Assembly: GCA_051439505.1 (NCBI GenBank)
Contig: JBFRWI010000174.1
Coordinates: forward strand, 1-64,000
Source: Hormoscilla sp.
GTDB lineage: Bacteria > Cyanobacteriota > Cyanobacteriia > Cyanobacteriales > Desertifilaceae
Length of the DNA stretch: 64,000 nucleotides
Direction: 5' to 3'
Of this stretch, positions 29,249 to 38,159 are shown in pieces (the first letter of the stretch is position 1; each line of letters opens with the position of its first letter). The translations under genes and the position numbers were made by a program. The notes below the pieces were generated by a model. The model did no database searches and had not been told where the DNA came from. It saw only the letters and a list, made by a program, of their open reading frames with translations.

Positions 29249-29941
29249 ATGACTTTCCGTTATCGCATCATCAAAAAATCCATCGGCAACGCCCCCTACA
29301 CCACCAGACCCAACCTCGGTCCAGCCCTCACCCAAGCGGAAGTCGTCCGCCAACTCAGTAGCTTCACCTCCCTCACCGAAGGAGAACTCTCTAACGTTTT
29401 CAATTCCCTATTCCAAGTCCTACTCACAGCGGCTCTCGCCGGTCGGCCCTCAGAGATACTCTTTGGTAGCTTTCGCATCAGTCTCTCCTGTGGGGGGGCG
29501 ATCGACGACCTAGAAAAATCACTCACCCTCGAAGACATCAACCCGCAAGTCACCATCCACCTCTCTTCATCCTTCCAGAAACGCTTTCTCGCCGACGTCA
29601 CCCTAGAACGCACCGGAGTAGTGGGAGAAAGAGTCCCAGAAATCGACTATACATTCGATTCCACCTCGCAAAGCAACGAGACCTACACCCCCGGCGGTCC
29701 CATGCGGCTAGTAGGGGACCACCTGAAATTCTCAATAGGGGATCCCCAACAAGGCATCTTTTTCCGCGCCGAAACCGATGGAACCGAAGTTAGAGCATCC
29801 GTATATGTCGAAGTAACCAATGGCAAAATCATTTTTGCCATTCCCCCGGAAATCACCGGAGACCAAAAATTAATAGTACGGGTAATATACAGCAAAAGCT
29901 TGCGAGAAACCGTTTATAAAGCCATCCTCCAACAGGCATAG
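29249..29941 (+). CDS. HU-like DNA-binding protein with C-terminal Ig-like (DUF4469-like) domain
   Basis: Helical N-terminus then FGSFRISLS (HU beta arm); C-terminal TPGG..LVGDHLKF..QQGIFF..IIFAIP. Confidence 0.65.
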   Translation: MTFRYRIIKKSIGNAPYTTRPNLGPALTQAEVVRQLSSFTSLTEGELSNVFNSLFQVLLTAALAGRPSEILFGSFRISLSCGGAIDDLEKSLTLEDINPQVTIHLSSSFQKRFLADVTLERTGVVGERVPEIDYTFDSTSQSNETYTPGGPMRLVGDHLKFSIGDPQQGIFFRAETDGTEVRASVYVEVTNGKIIFAIPPEITGDQKLIVRVIYSKSLRETVYKAILQQA

Positions 29942-30115
29942 ACGGGTGTAAGCAATTCAAAATTAAAAATTCCAAATGGGGAAAGTAATTGATCGCAAAA
30001 GTTTCAGCCATTTTATCCATGCAATTTAAATGGGCGACAGCTTATGGGAGAAGATCCTTTTCCCTGATGAGTTCCCTGGTGAGAGAAGAACCTTTTCCGC
30101 TATGGCAGAAGAAAT

Positions 30116-30237
30116 TTTTCTCGCCGATCGAAGATCCTTTTCTCGCCGATCGAAGATCCTTTTCTCGCCGATCGAAGATCCTTTTCTCGCCGATCGAAGA
30201 TCCTTTTCTCGCCGATCGAAGATCCTTTTCTCGCCGA
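30116..30237 (+). repeat. 22-bp tandem repeat, 5 perfect copies plus a partial copy, with degenerate flanks (about 30045-30280)
   Basis: Unit TTTTCTCGCCGATCGAAGATCC. Confidence 0.95.
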
Positions 30238-30404
30238 GAAAAAATTCTTTTCCGCTATGAGAGCAGATCCTTTTCCCTTGAGGGAGCGGCTTTTTGTCAT
30301 AATTGTCTATTCTAGAGCTAGGTTGATTACCTTTTATACCCCCCTCCCACTACTGGTCAGAGTCGCTCATTGCTCTACTCGATCAACTACTTTTGACCAC
30401 ACCC

Positions 30405-30577
30405 GACCGAGACCAATGCAGACTGTGGCCAAAGCGCTGATCACTGACAGCTGCTGCATAATTCCAGCACCAAGGGGGGCTTTTTCGAGCCATTGTCTTC
30501 CATAGACGGCGGCTAACCCCAGGGTAGCGATCGCGGATGCCAGGCCCAGACTAAAGCCACCGATCGGCACTGACCCT
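30405..30577 (-). pseudogene. Further fragment of the Ni/Co transporter 3' end
   Basis: GGFSLGLASAIATLGLAAVYGRQWLEKAPLGAG...CIGLG. Confidence 0.8.
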
Positions 30578-30621
30578 CGAAACTTGCAGGTGACAGAGAC
30601 ATATGAAGTATTAAGAGCGAT

Positions 30622-30707
30622 CGCCAACGATTGAGATGAGCCGCCGCCGATCGCTTTTGATGCCCACAGATAGCCTCTGGGCGGTCGGCTCCATCGATTT
30701 GTTATCT
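30622..30707 (-). other. attC site (86 bp) after the type III res gene
   Basis: AGATAAC..GATgGAGCCGaCCGCC / GGCGGCGGCTCATC..GTTGGCG, with two extrahelical bases. Confidence 0.82.
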
Positions 30708-30728
30708 CCCTTGACAAGCACATTTCGC

Positions 30729-33700
30729 TCACTTTCCAATTCTATGCAATGCCTCGATCCAGATCTTGAGTTCCTGCTCAGCCAGGTTTTTATCAGTCAA
30801 CTCTTGTTCCTGGTGGGCGATATAGGTATTCCGAAAATCATTGATGCGGGTAACGGTTTCCAAAAACTTGCGTCCGCCCTGAAACCGTAACTGAGTCTTT
30901 AAGGCTTCAAACACACCACCGATTTTCGTGGTGTCATTAAGTGCGTAGTCTAGGCACGATCGCAGCAAGCCAATGAGCGACAAGCCATTATTGAACAATA
31001 ACGTCCGTCTCAGATTTTGTGCCAATTTGCGGTAATAGTCCTCTGATTTACGGTCAACGCCACAGGGAGCAAACCAGGCTTTTTGGTCATCCACGGTGAC
31101 GGGCATTTCTGATTGCAGTCGCCGTACCAGAAAGCCTTTCGCCACTTCATCGATCGAACCCAACAGAGCGGTGAAAACAGGAGCATAATTCATGCCCTCT
31201 TTGTTCTCGAAGAAGCGGTAGAGCATCACTGCTTGGTCAGCAGCACGGCGATAGCGGGAAGGCAAAGCGTTGAGAACATCGGGATCGATAAAATTATCTA
31301 TAGCAGAGGTTTCTTCATCCACCTGCCCCAAGTTCGCGAACAGAGGTAAATCCTGAAATTCCTCAGATTGGAGCAGGTTTTGTAAGGCGGGGGCACAGGC
31401 GCGGGCCAGTTCGGCAATGCTATCCCCTGCCATGCGTTCAAATACCCCTTGGGGAATGTAGAGATAGTGCCATTGGGCTGTTTCTGTAGAAGCTGCTTCG
31501 CACCAGGCGATCGCGGCTTTAGCTTTCAAGGGTACATCCCGATCTTCTCGCCCCTTGGTTTCCACCAGGTAGTAGTGACCATCAATCGTGCGGATGAAGA
31601 AGTCGGGGGTGTAGAAGGCGAGGCGATCGCCATGAGCAAGATAGTCCACTCGTAAGCACTGGGATCCGGCGTTTTTGGCAAAGGCAGCAACATCGGGAGC
31701 GCGATCGCAGAACTTCGCCACTGCCACTTCTAACTCCCGGTTACAGGTAACGAGGTTAAACAGGGTCTTGGCTGCTTCCAATGCAGGACGGCGTTCGCTG
31801 AAGGTAACTTGAAAAGGTTTCCATTCGTTTAGGGATTTGGGAGGTTCAACCCTCAGCCGTTCTTCCGTGGTGGTAGTGCGGCTGCGGATCAAAGGAACAA
31901 AGACCGCCCGCAAGTGTTCCCCCACATCAGAATCAGCTAACCGGGCGACCAAAGCCGGATCGAACAGGGTAGTTTTCTCTTCAAACAGGATCTTTTCCAG
32001 GAAGGTCTGAATCAGAGGAGCGAGGATGGAATGGAGTCCTCGCAGTTTGCAAATCGTTTCCAGTTGTTTGACATAGTAGGAAACTGCACCAACTCCCGAT
32101 GCCAATAGCGGTAAATTGAGTTGCAGTTTCTCCACCACTTCACCTGTAAACAGGTGCCGTCCTTCGTACTGAATTTCGTTGTTGCCCTGTTTACCCAACG
32201 GCAACGGTTTATAGGGCTTAAAGGCTTTTTTCACATCCTGAATTGTCAACCCTTCCAGCTTGGGCACAATCCGAAAGCCAGAGGAAAGGGTGGGAATCTC
32301 AATATTCAGGGCATTCACATCCTTATGAGCTTCATCGGGGAAGATAGAAATCGTGGTAGCAGGGACGCGATCGAGTTCCACAATCTCCAGGGGCAAGCCT
32401 TCTTGCGCCAATTCCTGCTGATACAGACTGGCAAAGGCAGGATGTTCTACCACCGTCACCAGTTCATTCGCCTGACCGGGGGGAGTCATACGGCGCAGGC
32501 CCCGACCCAGGGTTTGTTCTGGCAAAATATTGGCTTTAGAACTGTAGGGACGCAGGGGCACAATCGTCGTCACGTTTCGCACATCCCAGCCTTCCCGCAG
32601 CATCAGCACCGAGACAATGCAGAAATAGGGGCTAGTATTGCTGTCGAGTTCCCGGCTGAGTTTCCGCAATGCTTTCAGGTCTTCATCGCTAATATTCTTC
32701 TCGTCTTCGACAAATTCATACCGCGCCCCTTTGCCGCGCCCCACCTTCTTCAGTTTGCCCTTGAGGTTGGTGTGCAGGTTGATAGTTTTGCCATTGAGTT
32801 GCTCAAACAGAGGGTCGGTATTGAAGCGTTGGGTAATTTGATTCGCGGCTTCAGTATTGTCACACATGATGAACAGTAAGGGTTTCTTGCTGCTGGCCTG
32901 CCATTCGGCTCTGCTGGCTTTCCAGCGTTCGTAACCCAGGAGTAAATGCTGCTCCCAACGGTAAGCGGCGTTGTCGTCGGCTTGTTCAACCAGCGTGCGG
33001 CTGGCTTGCCCAATCAGTGGGGTTTTGACGATGCCTGCATCGACTGCTTCCCCCAGGGGCGTATCGCAGACGACGTGCTTGAAAAGCAATCCCTTATTGT
33101 CTTTTGGGGTAGCAGAGAAATCCAGTTGTGCCACCAGCTTACAGCCGCTCCGAGACAGAATCGTTTCGTGCAGGGTGCGGATGGCTTCGTTCCAAGCAGA
33201 GCCAGAGTCCCAAACGTGGTGGGCTTCGTCGTTGAGTACCATCACCTGGCGATGGGTGGTGATTCTATCTCGCAGGGCAGCCCCGGTATCTAGGGCTTTC
33301 TTTTTGGAAATCTTCGGTCCCATCCAATCGTAGGTGTCAGCTTCCTTTCTGCTGCGCTTTTTAGGATTGTAAAGGCGGTGAATGTTTGTGAGGTAGAGGG
33401 TTCCGCCCGTCGCAGCACCACTGGCTTCATCTTGCAGCACTACAGACAGGTTCCAGTCACCCCGCCATTCCGGGGGAATCAGAGGGTCTTCGTCAAACAC
33501 GCGCCCGTTGCCAAAGTCCTCTTTGAGGCGTTCATAGACCGTGAGGTTAGGGGCAATGACGACAAAATGTCGCGCCATCTCTGAGTCTGATTCCCGTAGG
33601 GCGTGGAAGTAGCTCCAGACGATGCACAGGCTCATGACTTTGGTTTTGCCTGCCCCGGTTGCCAGTTTGAAGGCATAGCGGCCCCAGGCATCTTCGTCTT

Positions 33701-34121
33701 CGGTGATGCCCAGGGCTTGCAATTCCGCATTTGTGCCGCCAAATTCGGCGATGATTTGGGACAGGCATTCGATACGACGGACTTCTTTGAGATAAATCAG
33801 GGTTTCCACTGCCTCTCGCTGGCAGAAGTAGTAGCGAAACTCAAATTCCTCACCATCGGGCGTAATTTTGCGGTGGGCGCGGTTAAACCAGTGATTCAGC
33901 AGTTGAATCGTGGTGTCGCTGGCTCCAATGTAGAAAGCTTCTCGCCACTCTCGTACTGCCGATCGCAGGTTATTGACCAGATCGATGGGTGAGGCTCGGC
34001 GTCCCTGTTTCACCACAGCAGGGTCGCCGGATTTTTCTGCCCGGACGCGATGGGCGTTGGGTTCTTGCCAGGGGGCAAACAGGGGTTCGAGAACGGTGGG
34101 GTTGAGGGTGGATGAGGTCAT
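30729..34121 (-). CDS. res: Type III restriction enzyme Res subunit with C-terminal extension
   Basis: ATGAGKT, NDEAHH, FSATP, LREGWD, QTLGRGLR helicase motifs; PDF..VETKG nuclease motif. Confidence 0.9.
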   Translation of the reverse strand: MTSSTLNPTVLEPLFAPWQEPNAHRVRAEKSGDPAVVKQGRRASPIDLVNNLRSAVREWREAFYIGASDTTIQLLNHWFNRAHRKITPDGEEFEFRYYFCQREAVETLIYLKEVRRIECLSQIIAEFGGTNAELQALGITEDEDAWGRYAFKLATGAGKTKVMSLCIVWSYFHALRESDSEMARHFVVIAPNLTVYERLKEDFGNGRVFDEDPLIPPEWRGDWNLSVVLQDEASGAATGGTLYLTNIHRLYNPKKRSRKEADTYDWMGPKISKKKALDTGAALRDRITTHRQVMVLNDEAHHVWDSGSAWNEAIRTLHETILSRSGCKLVAQLDFSATPKDNKGLLFKHVVCDTPLGEAVDAGIVKTPLIGQASRTLVEQADDNAAYRWEQHLLLGYERWKASRAEWQASSKKPLLFIMCDNTEAANQITQRFNTDPLFEQLNGKTINLHTNLKGKLKKVGRGKGARYEFVEDEKNISDEDLKALRKLSRELDSNTSPYFCIVSVLMLREGWDVRNVTTIVPLRPYSSKANILPEQTLGRGLRRMTPPGQANELVTVVEHPAFASLYQQELAQEGLPLEIVELDRVPATTISIFPDEAHKDVNALNIEIPTLSSGFRIVPKLEGLTIQDVKKAFKPYKPLPLGKQGNNEIQYEGRHLFTGEVVEKLQLNLPLLASGVGAVSYYVKQLETICKLRGLHSILAPLIQTFLEKILFEEKTTLFDPALVARLADSDVGEHLRAVFVPLIRSRTTTTEERLRVEPPKSLNEWKPFQVTFSERRPALEAAKTLFNLVTCNRELEVAVAKFCDRAPDVAAFAKNAGSQCLRVDYLAHGDRLAFYTPDFFIRTIDGHYYLVETKGREDRDVPLKAKAAIAWCEAASTETAQWHYLYIPQGVFERMAGDSIAELARACAPALQNLLQSEEFQDLPLFANLGQVDEETSAIDNFIDPDVLNALPSRYRRAADQAVMLYRFFENKEGMNYAPVFTALLGSIDEVAKGFLVRRLQSEMPVTVDDQKAWFAPCGVDRKSEDYYRKLAQNLRRTLLFNNGLSLIGLLRSCLDYALNDTTKIGGVFEALKTQLRFQGGRKFLETVTRINDFRNTYIAHQEQELTDKNLAEQELKIWIEALHRIGK

Positions 34122-34124
34122 TGG

Positions 34125-34457
34125 TTAGGCAGTCGCATAGTCAGAATATTCGCGCATCGAAGGGTGATGGAATCCCACCACCATTTCTTTTTTGGAGATG
34201 CCCATTTCTTCTAGGTCTTTGTCAAGTTCAACATCGGTATTGTTTTCTTGAATCCAGATCTTGCCATCTTTTATATCAAAGTGAAAGACTGGATGATTGA
34301 TGCGTTTTTCTCCTTCCCAGCCAACACGAAGCAATAGATAATGATCTCGCTCTGAATCAATAACAAGTTGGGTCTCGACATCTTTTTCTTGCCACATATC
34401 AACATATTGGTCTAAGAACTTACGAATACTTTGGCGGTATTGTTCTAATCTATCCAT
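34125..34457 (-). CDS. xisI: XisI-family protein
   Basis: DSERDHYLLLRVGW, HFDIKDGKIWIQENNT, VGFHHP. Confidence 0.9.
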   Translation of the reverse strand: MDRLEQYRQSIRKFLDQYVDMWQEKDVETQLVIDSERDHYLLLRVGWEGEKRINHPVFHFDIKDGKIWIQENNTDVELDKDLEEMGISKKEMVVGFHHPSMREYSDYATA

Positions 34458-34861
34458 GATTGAATCTCCTTATTTGAAAGGTTATACACAAGTAGTTTTA
34501 CGGGGTAGGCTTGTAGAACTTTTTGAATTAACTCTTCGGTAAAAAAGAGGTCGTAAACGAGCCTGGGAACAGCTAAATAGAGGGTGCGATCGCGCTCTTT
34601 TTCTGCCAAAGCAACTTTGTAGCAAAGGTATTGTCCTAGAGCCGCGTAAAAGTCGGTAATCTGAGAGACTTTACTGAAGCTTTTGATTTCAACGGCTATC
34701 TTTCTTGTCCCTTTTTCTGCTCCGATGAGACTTTCTAAACCTAGATCGATCTGGACAGTAATTTTTCCAACCGAGATCGACAGTGGATCGTGAGAAATCA
34801 CCCATCCATCCAAAATCAACGTTTCTTTGACCCAGTCGTGGTAGCGATCTCTGGCAGACAT
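34445..34861 (-). CDS. xisH: XisH-family endonuclease-fold protein
   Basis: MSARDRYH..DGWVISHDPL, IAVEIKSF, ALGQY. Confidence 0.9.
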   Translation of the reverse strand: MSARDRYHDWVKETLILDGWVISHDPLSISVGKITVQIDLGLESLIGAEKGTRKIAVEIKSFSKVSQITDFYAALGQYLCYKVALAEKERDRTLYLAVPRLVYDLFFTEELIQKVLQAYPVKLLVYNLSNKEIQSWID

Positions 34862-34863
34862 GA

Positions 34864-36918
34864 CTACACCTCCACCTCTACGGTAATGGAGGTGTCGCAG
34901 CCGAAGGTATCGACAACTTTGACGCAGGCGGTATATTTACCGGGAGCAGGATAGGTGTAGTCCGCATCGCTGATGGTTTTGAGGCTGCGATCCTTGCGGG
35001 TGCGGTAGTCTTGCCAGTGGTGGGTGAAGGGTTTGCCGGGATGCCAGTTAAAGTCGATCGCCCAAAAATCAATAAAATCAAATCCACTACGGATCGCCCG
35101 TTCTTTGATGGCTTCCAGTTCCTTTGTAGGCACTTCGGCGAGGGAGGGGAGGAACTGGGTAAGTTTGATGTTCGTAGTAACGACTTTAGTCGTTGCTTTT
35201 CGGTAAACAGCCTCCGCCGCCAACACCGCCACTTCCAAAAACGGGGGCGGAGCCTTGCGATTCTTCTCCATAATTTCGCGGGGAATCTGCACCAGCTTTA
35301 GCTTCACACCCAACTCCTGCACCAGGGCATTCACCAGTAGATGCAAGTCCATCTCAAACTCCCAGGCAAGGCAATAGCACTCCCGCCCGCCCGCCTGCGC
35401 CGTCGCCTGCGCCACCAGTTTCGCTTCCTCGCGGGTAAACATGGAGTCGATGCCATCCACATGGCAGAATGCCCCGGCTTTGCGCCCATGCAGCAGGGGA
35501 GACGGCGTACTGGTCAGCACCTCGGCTTTGAAGAACTCCAGAATCACCCGCCGATGTTCCTCATCCGCCCCCTGCAAGCGGTCTTTTTGCCACCACTGCC
35601 GCTCGTAGCGTCCCAAATTATAGACATCAAAAGCGCGATAGGGTTTGTCCTCGTTGTGCAACTTGCGCTGAAGCTCAATCATCCGCTTGCGTGAGGTGTG
35701 AATGGCAAACCGCCCCAAGTCACACATCAACCACCTGCGCCCCAACCGCTCGGCAACTGCCCCAGTCGTGCCGCTGCCACAAAAGAAATCTGCCACCAGA
35801 TCGCCTTCGTTGGAAGAGGCTTGGATGATGCGATCTAACAGTGCTTCTGGTTTTTGGGTTGGATAGTCTTCTCTCTCTGATGAACTTGCACCCAATGCAT
35901 TGATATCATCCCACAAAGTTTGAATTGCAACTCCTAATCCCTCATCCAAGTACTGCTTTCTTTGCGGAACAGAACCAGGCTTAGTTTGTACAACCATTCC
36001 TTTACTAATTAAGTCTTGCATGGTCGCTTCAGAATAACGCCAATAACGGGTCACTCCCATAACCTCATATCGAGGATTTCCCTTTCCGCCACCGCCCGGA
36101 CCTATCATGCTAATTAGGCGATACCTGCGATTTTTTTTAGGCTCAATATACTTATAAAACTTGTCTACATACTCATCTGAGTAAGGGAGATATAAGGGAT
36201 TAAAATTTCTCTTCTCTGTCTTGCTGTAAGCAAATATAGAATCAGTATTGGAGTCTAATGAATCTTTACCTTGTCCAAAGTTACCTTTAATTGTATGAGC
36301 ACGCTTCCAAGTAATTTCATTGATAAAATTCTCAGTTCCAAATATTTCATCCATTATTTGACGAATATAACTATTCATTCGCCAATCACAATGCACATAA
36401 ATACTACCAACCTCTGATAAAAGTTCGTGTGCTAGAACTAGCCTTTCAAATATCATATGGAGATACGAGTCAGTGCCTTTACCCCATATGTCTCGATAAG
36501 CAACCATTTCTAGAGTAGATTGCTCCTTCTCAAGAGTGTCTGTTTCTTCACCAACGAGAACACTCATCGTAAAATCCGCCCCCACATCAAACGGCGGGTC
36601 AATATAAATCAGATCCACCTTGCCCTTAAACTCTTGCAACAGCGAAGCCATCACCAGCTTGTTATCGCCCCAGATCAGCCGATTCCTAAAATCATCCTGC
36701 CGCTTATTTTCGGCTTCAAACAACGATAACTGCTTCGCTGCCTCCGCCTCCCGCCTCGGTTCATCAATGCTCTCAATTTTCTGCATCGGCATCGCACACC
36801 CGGCAATATCCACCTCGCGGCGATTGCCATACTCGTCATACTTGCCCTCCCACACCAGTTCCGTGCGGAGCGTAGAGAGCGGGTGGGGGTTGTGGGGACC
36901 GTAGGTAGGCTGGGTCAT
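34864..36918 (-). CDS. mod: Type III Mod subunit (beta-class amino-MTase)
   Basis: IYIDPPF precedes YPTQKP and DFFCGSGTT; probable start MTQPTY. Confidence 0.9.
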   Translation of the reverse strand: MTQPTYGPHNPHPLSTLRTELVWEGKYDEYGNRREVDIAGCAMPMQKIESIDEPRREAEAAKQLSLFEAENKRQDDFRNRLIWGDNKLVMASLLQEFKGKVDLIYIDPPFDVGADFTMSVLVGEETDTLEKEQSTLEMVAYRDIWGKGTDSYLHMIFERLVLAHELLSEVGSIYVHCDWRMNSYIRQIMDEIFGTENFINEITWKRAHTIKGNFGQGKDSLDSNTDSIFAYSKTEKRNFNPLYLPYSDEYVDKFYKYIEPKKNRRYRLISMIGPGGGGKGNPRYEVMGVTRYWRYSEATMQDLISKGMVVQTKPGSVPQRKQYLDEGLGVAIQTLWDDINALGASSSEREDYPTQKPEALLDRIIQASSNEGDLVADFFCGSGTTGAVAERLGRRWLMCDLGRFAIHTSRKRMIELQRKLHNEDKPYRAFDVYNLGRYERQWWQKDRLQGADEEHRRVILEFFKAEVLTSTPSPLLHGRKAGAFCHVDGIDSMFTREEAKLVAQATAQAGGRECYCLAWEFEMDLHLLVNALVQELGVKLKLVQIPREIMEKNRKAPPPFLEVAVLAAEAVYRKATTKVVTTNIKLTQFLPSLAEVPTKELEAIKERAIRSGFDFIDFWAIDFNWHPGKPFTHHWQDYRTRKDRSLKTISDADYTYPAPGKYTACVKVVDTFGCDTSITVEVEV

Positions 36919-36984
36919 GGGTAGTCTTCTGGTAAGCGTAATGGAGTCTGTAATATCAAGCAATGATTGCCGATCTCTTTGCAT
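36919..36984 (-). pseudogene. N-terminal stub of a HEPN (DUF86) toxin, in frame with mod
   Basis: [14 protein letters not shown] overlaps the MNT 3' end, as in MNT-HEPN pairs. Confidence 0.6.
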
Positions 36985-37306
36985 AAATAATCATTCCTGA
37001 CTCTAAAATTTCCTTGCGACGAAGCCAGTTACGACTATTTTGAATAGCAGTTTTACTGACAAAATCAACTTTTCTATGAAGCATCTTTTCTAGTTCTTCC
37101 TGTAGGTGCATTACCTCAAATAAACTATGCTTTGAACCTTCAGAGAAAAGATATAGAAAGTCAATATCGCTTGGCTCGTTGCCTCCGTCTCGAAAGTCGT
37201 CTCGTAGAACCGAACCAAAGAGTGCCAGTTCTTCAATTTTCCATTTCTCACAAAACATAGCCATTTGTTCAGGTGTGATACTCAACCCTTCGTAAATTTT
37301 TTGCAT
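36956..37306 (-). CDS. MNT-type nucleotidyltransferase antitoxin
   Basis: [22 protein letters not shown]; start MQKIY. Confidence 0.85.
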   Translation of the reverse strand: MQKIYEGLSITPEQMAMFCEKWKIEELALFGSVLRDDFRDGGNEPSDIDFLYLFSEGSKHSLFEVMHLQEELEKMLHRKVDFVSKTAIQNSRNWLRRKEILESGMIIYAKRSAIIA

Positions 37307-37469
37307 CGGTATAATTCCCGATATAACATATTTATTAATTCTTGCCCTGCCCCCCACTGACTCCCCCCAGGGGCTTTTTCGAGCCATTGTCTTCCATAGA
37401 CGGCGGCTAACCCCAGGGTAGCGAGTACGGATGTCAGGCCCAGACTAAAGCCAGCTATCAGCACTAACC

Positions 37470-37576
37470 CGCTAACTATGAATTATACGGATTTTTTCCA
37501 TCTAATCACCCCTATACGGATTTTCTTAAGATTTCATCTGTGTAACACCCCCCCATCTCCCAAAAAGCTTCTGGAC
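37470..37576 (-). other. attI-like site with divergent intI N-terminal stub
   Basis: Minus strand: AAAATCCGTAT direct repeats then AATTCATA-GTTAGCG. Plus strand encodes PKKLLD, like IntI N-termini. Confidence 0.6.
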
Positions 37577-37583
37577 GTGGGCC

Positions 37584-37860
37584 TTATCCCATCAACGCCA
37601 CCGTTGTCAGACCGAGACCGATGCAGACTGTGGCCAAAGCGCTGACCACTGACAGCCGCTGTATAACTCCAGCACCAAGGGGGGCTTTTTCGAGCCATTG
37701 CCTTCCATAGACAGCAGCTAACCCCAGGGTAGTGAGCACGGATGCCAGACCCAGACTAAACCCACCTATCGGCATTAACCCGTAGGTGATTTTGTGTAGG
37801 GCGATCGCGCTCAGCAGGGCCGATGGGCAGGGCACCAACCCACCCGAAATGCCAATGGGC
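37584..37860 (-). pseudogene. 3' remnant of a HoxN/RcnA-like Ni/Co transporter
   Basis: GISGGLVPCPSAL..SAIAL..FSLGLA..L; the 5' part is missing. Confidence 0.75.
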
Positions 37861-37906
37861 GGGATTGTGATGGGCCGCTCTACAGAATGGAGCAGCCCTT
37901 AGTGCT

Positions 37907-38098
37907 TTATGGCTTCACCTCAATGACGACGTTGCTGATGTGGGTAATCAAGGTGCGGCCATCAGATGGCATGATTTTGACATACCCACTAGCGATGCAA
38001 TATTCCACCGCCGATGACTCCAGAGTTTGGCTTGGAGAAATCAGCATCACCGTCACGTTTTCCAGATAATTAGTTGCATAGTGCTGGACAGCAGTCAT
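37907..38098 (-). CDS. Small hypothetical protein downstream of thrS
   Basis: 63-aa ORF with GAGG ribosome-binding site, co-oriented in the operon. Confidence 0.6.
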   Translation of the reverse strand: MTAVQHYATNYLENVTVMLISPSQTLESSAVEYCIASGYVKIMPSDGRTLITHISNVVIEVKP

Positions 38099-38159
38099 GG
38101 ACGTTTACCTCATTATTTAGACAGCTTTGTGAAAACGAACAAGTTCACTTTTAACCCGA

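Larger units (their letters stand above)
29000..30404. mobile_element. Non-autonomous cargo transposon with GGGTGTGGTCA terminal inverted repeats and 9-bp TSD
   Basis: GACCGAGAC at 28991-28999 and 30405-30413 flanks the inverted repeats; the element splits a transporter-fragment copy. Confidence 0.85.

Noticed and set aside
30116..30237. Possible CRISPR array
   Set aside because: The repeats are head-to-tail with no spacers, and there are no cas genes.
29989..30315. Repetitive ORFs in several frames
   Set aside because: They are by-products of the stop-free 22-bp repeat.
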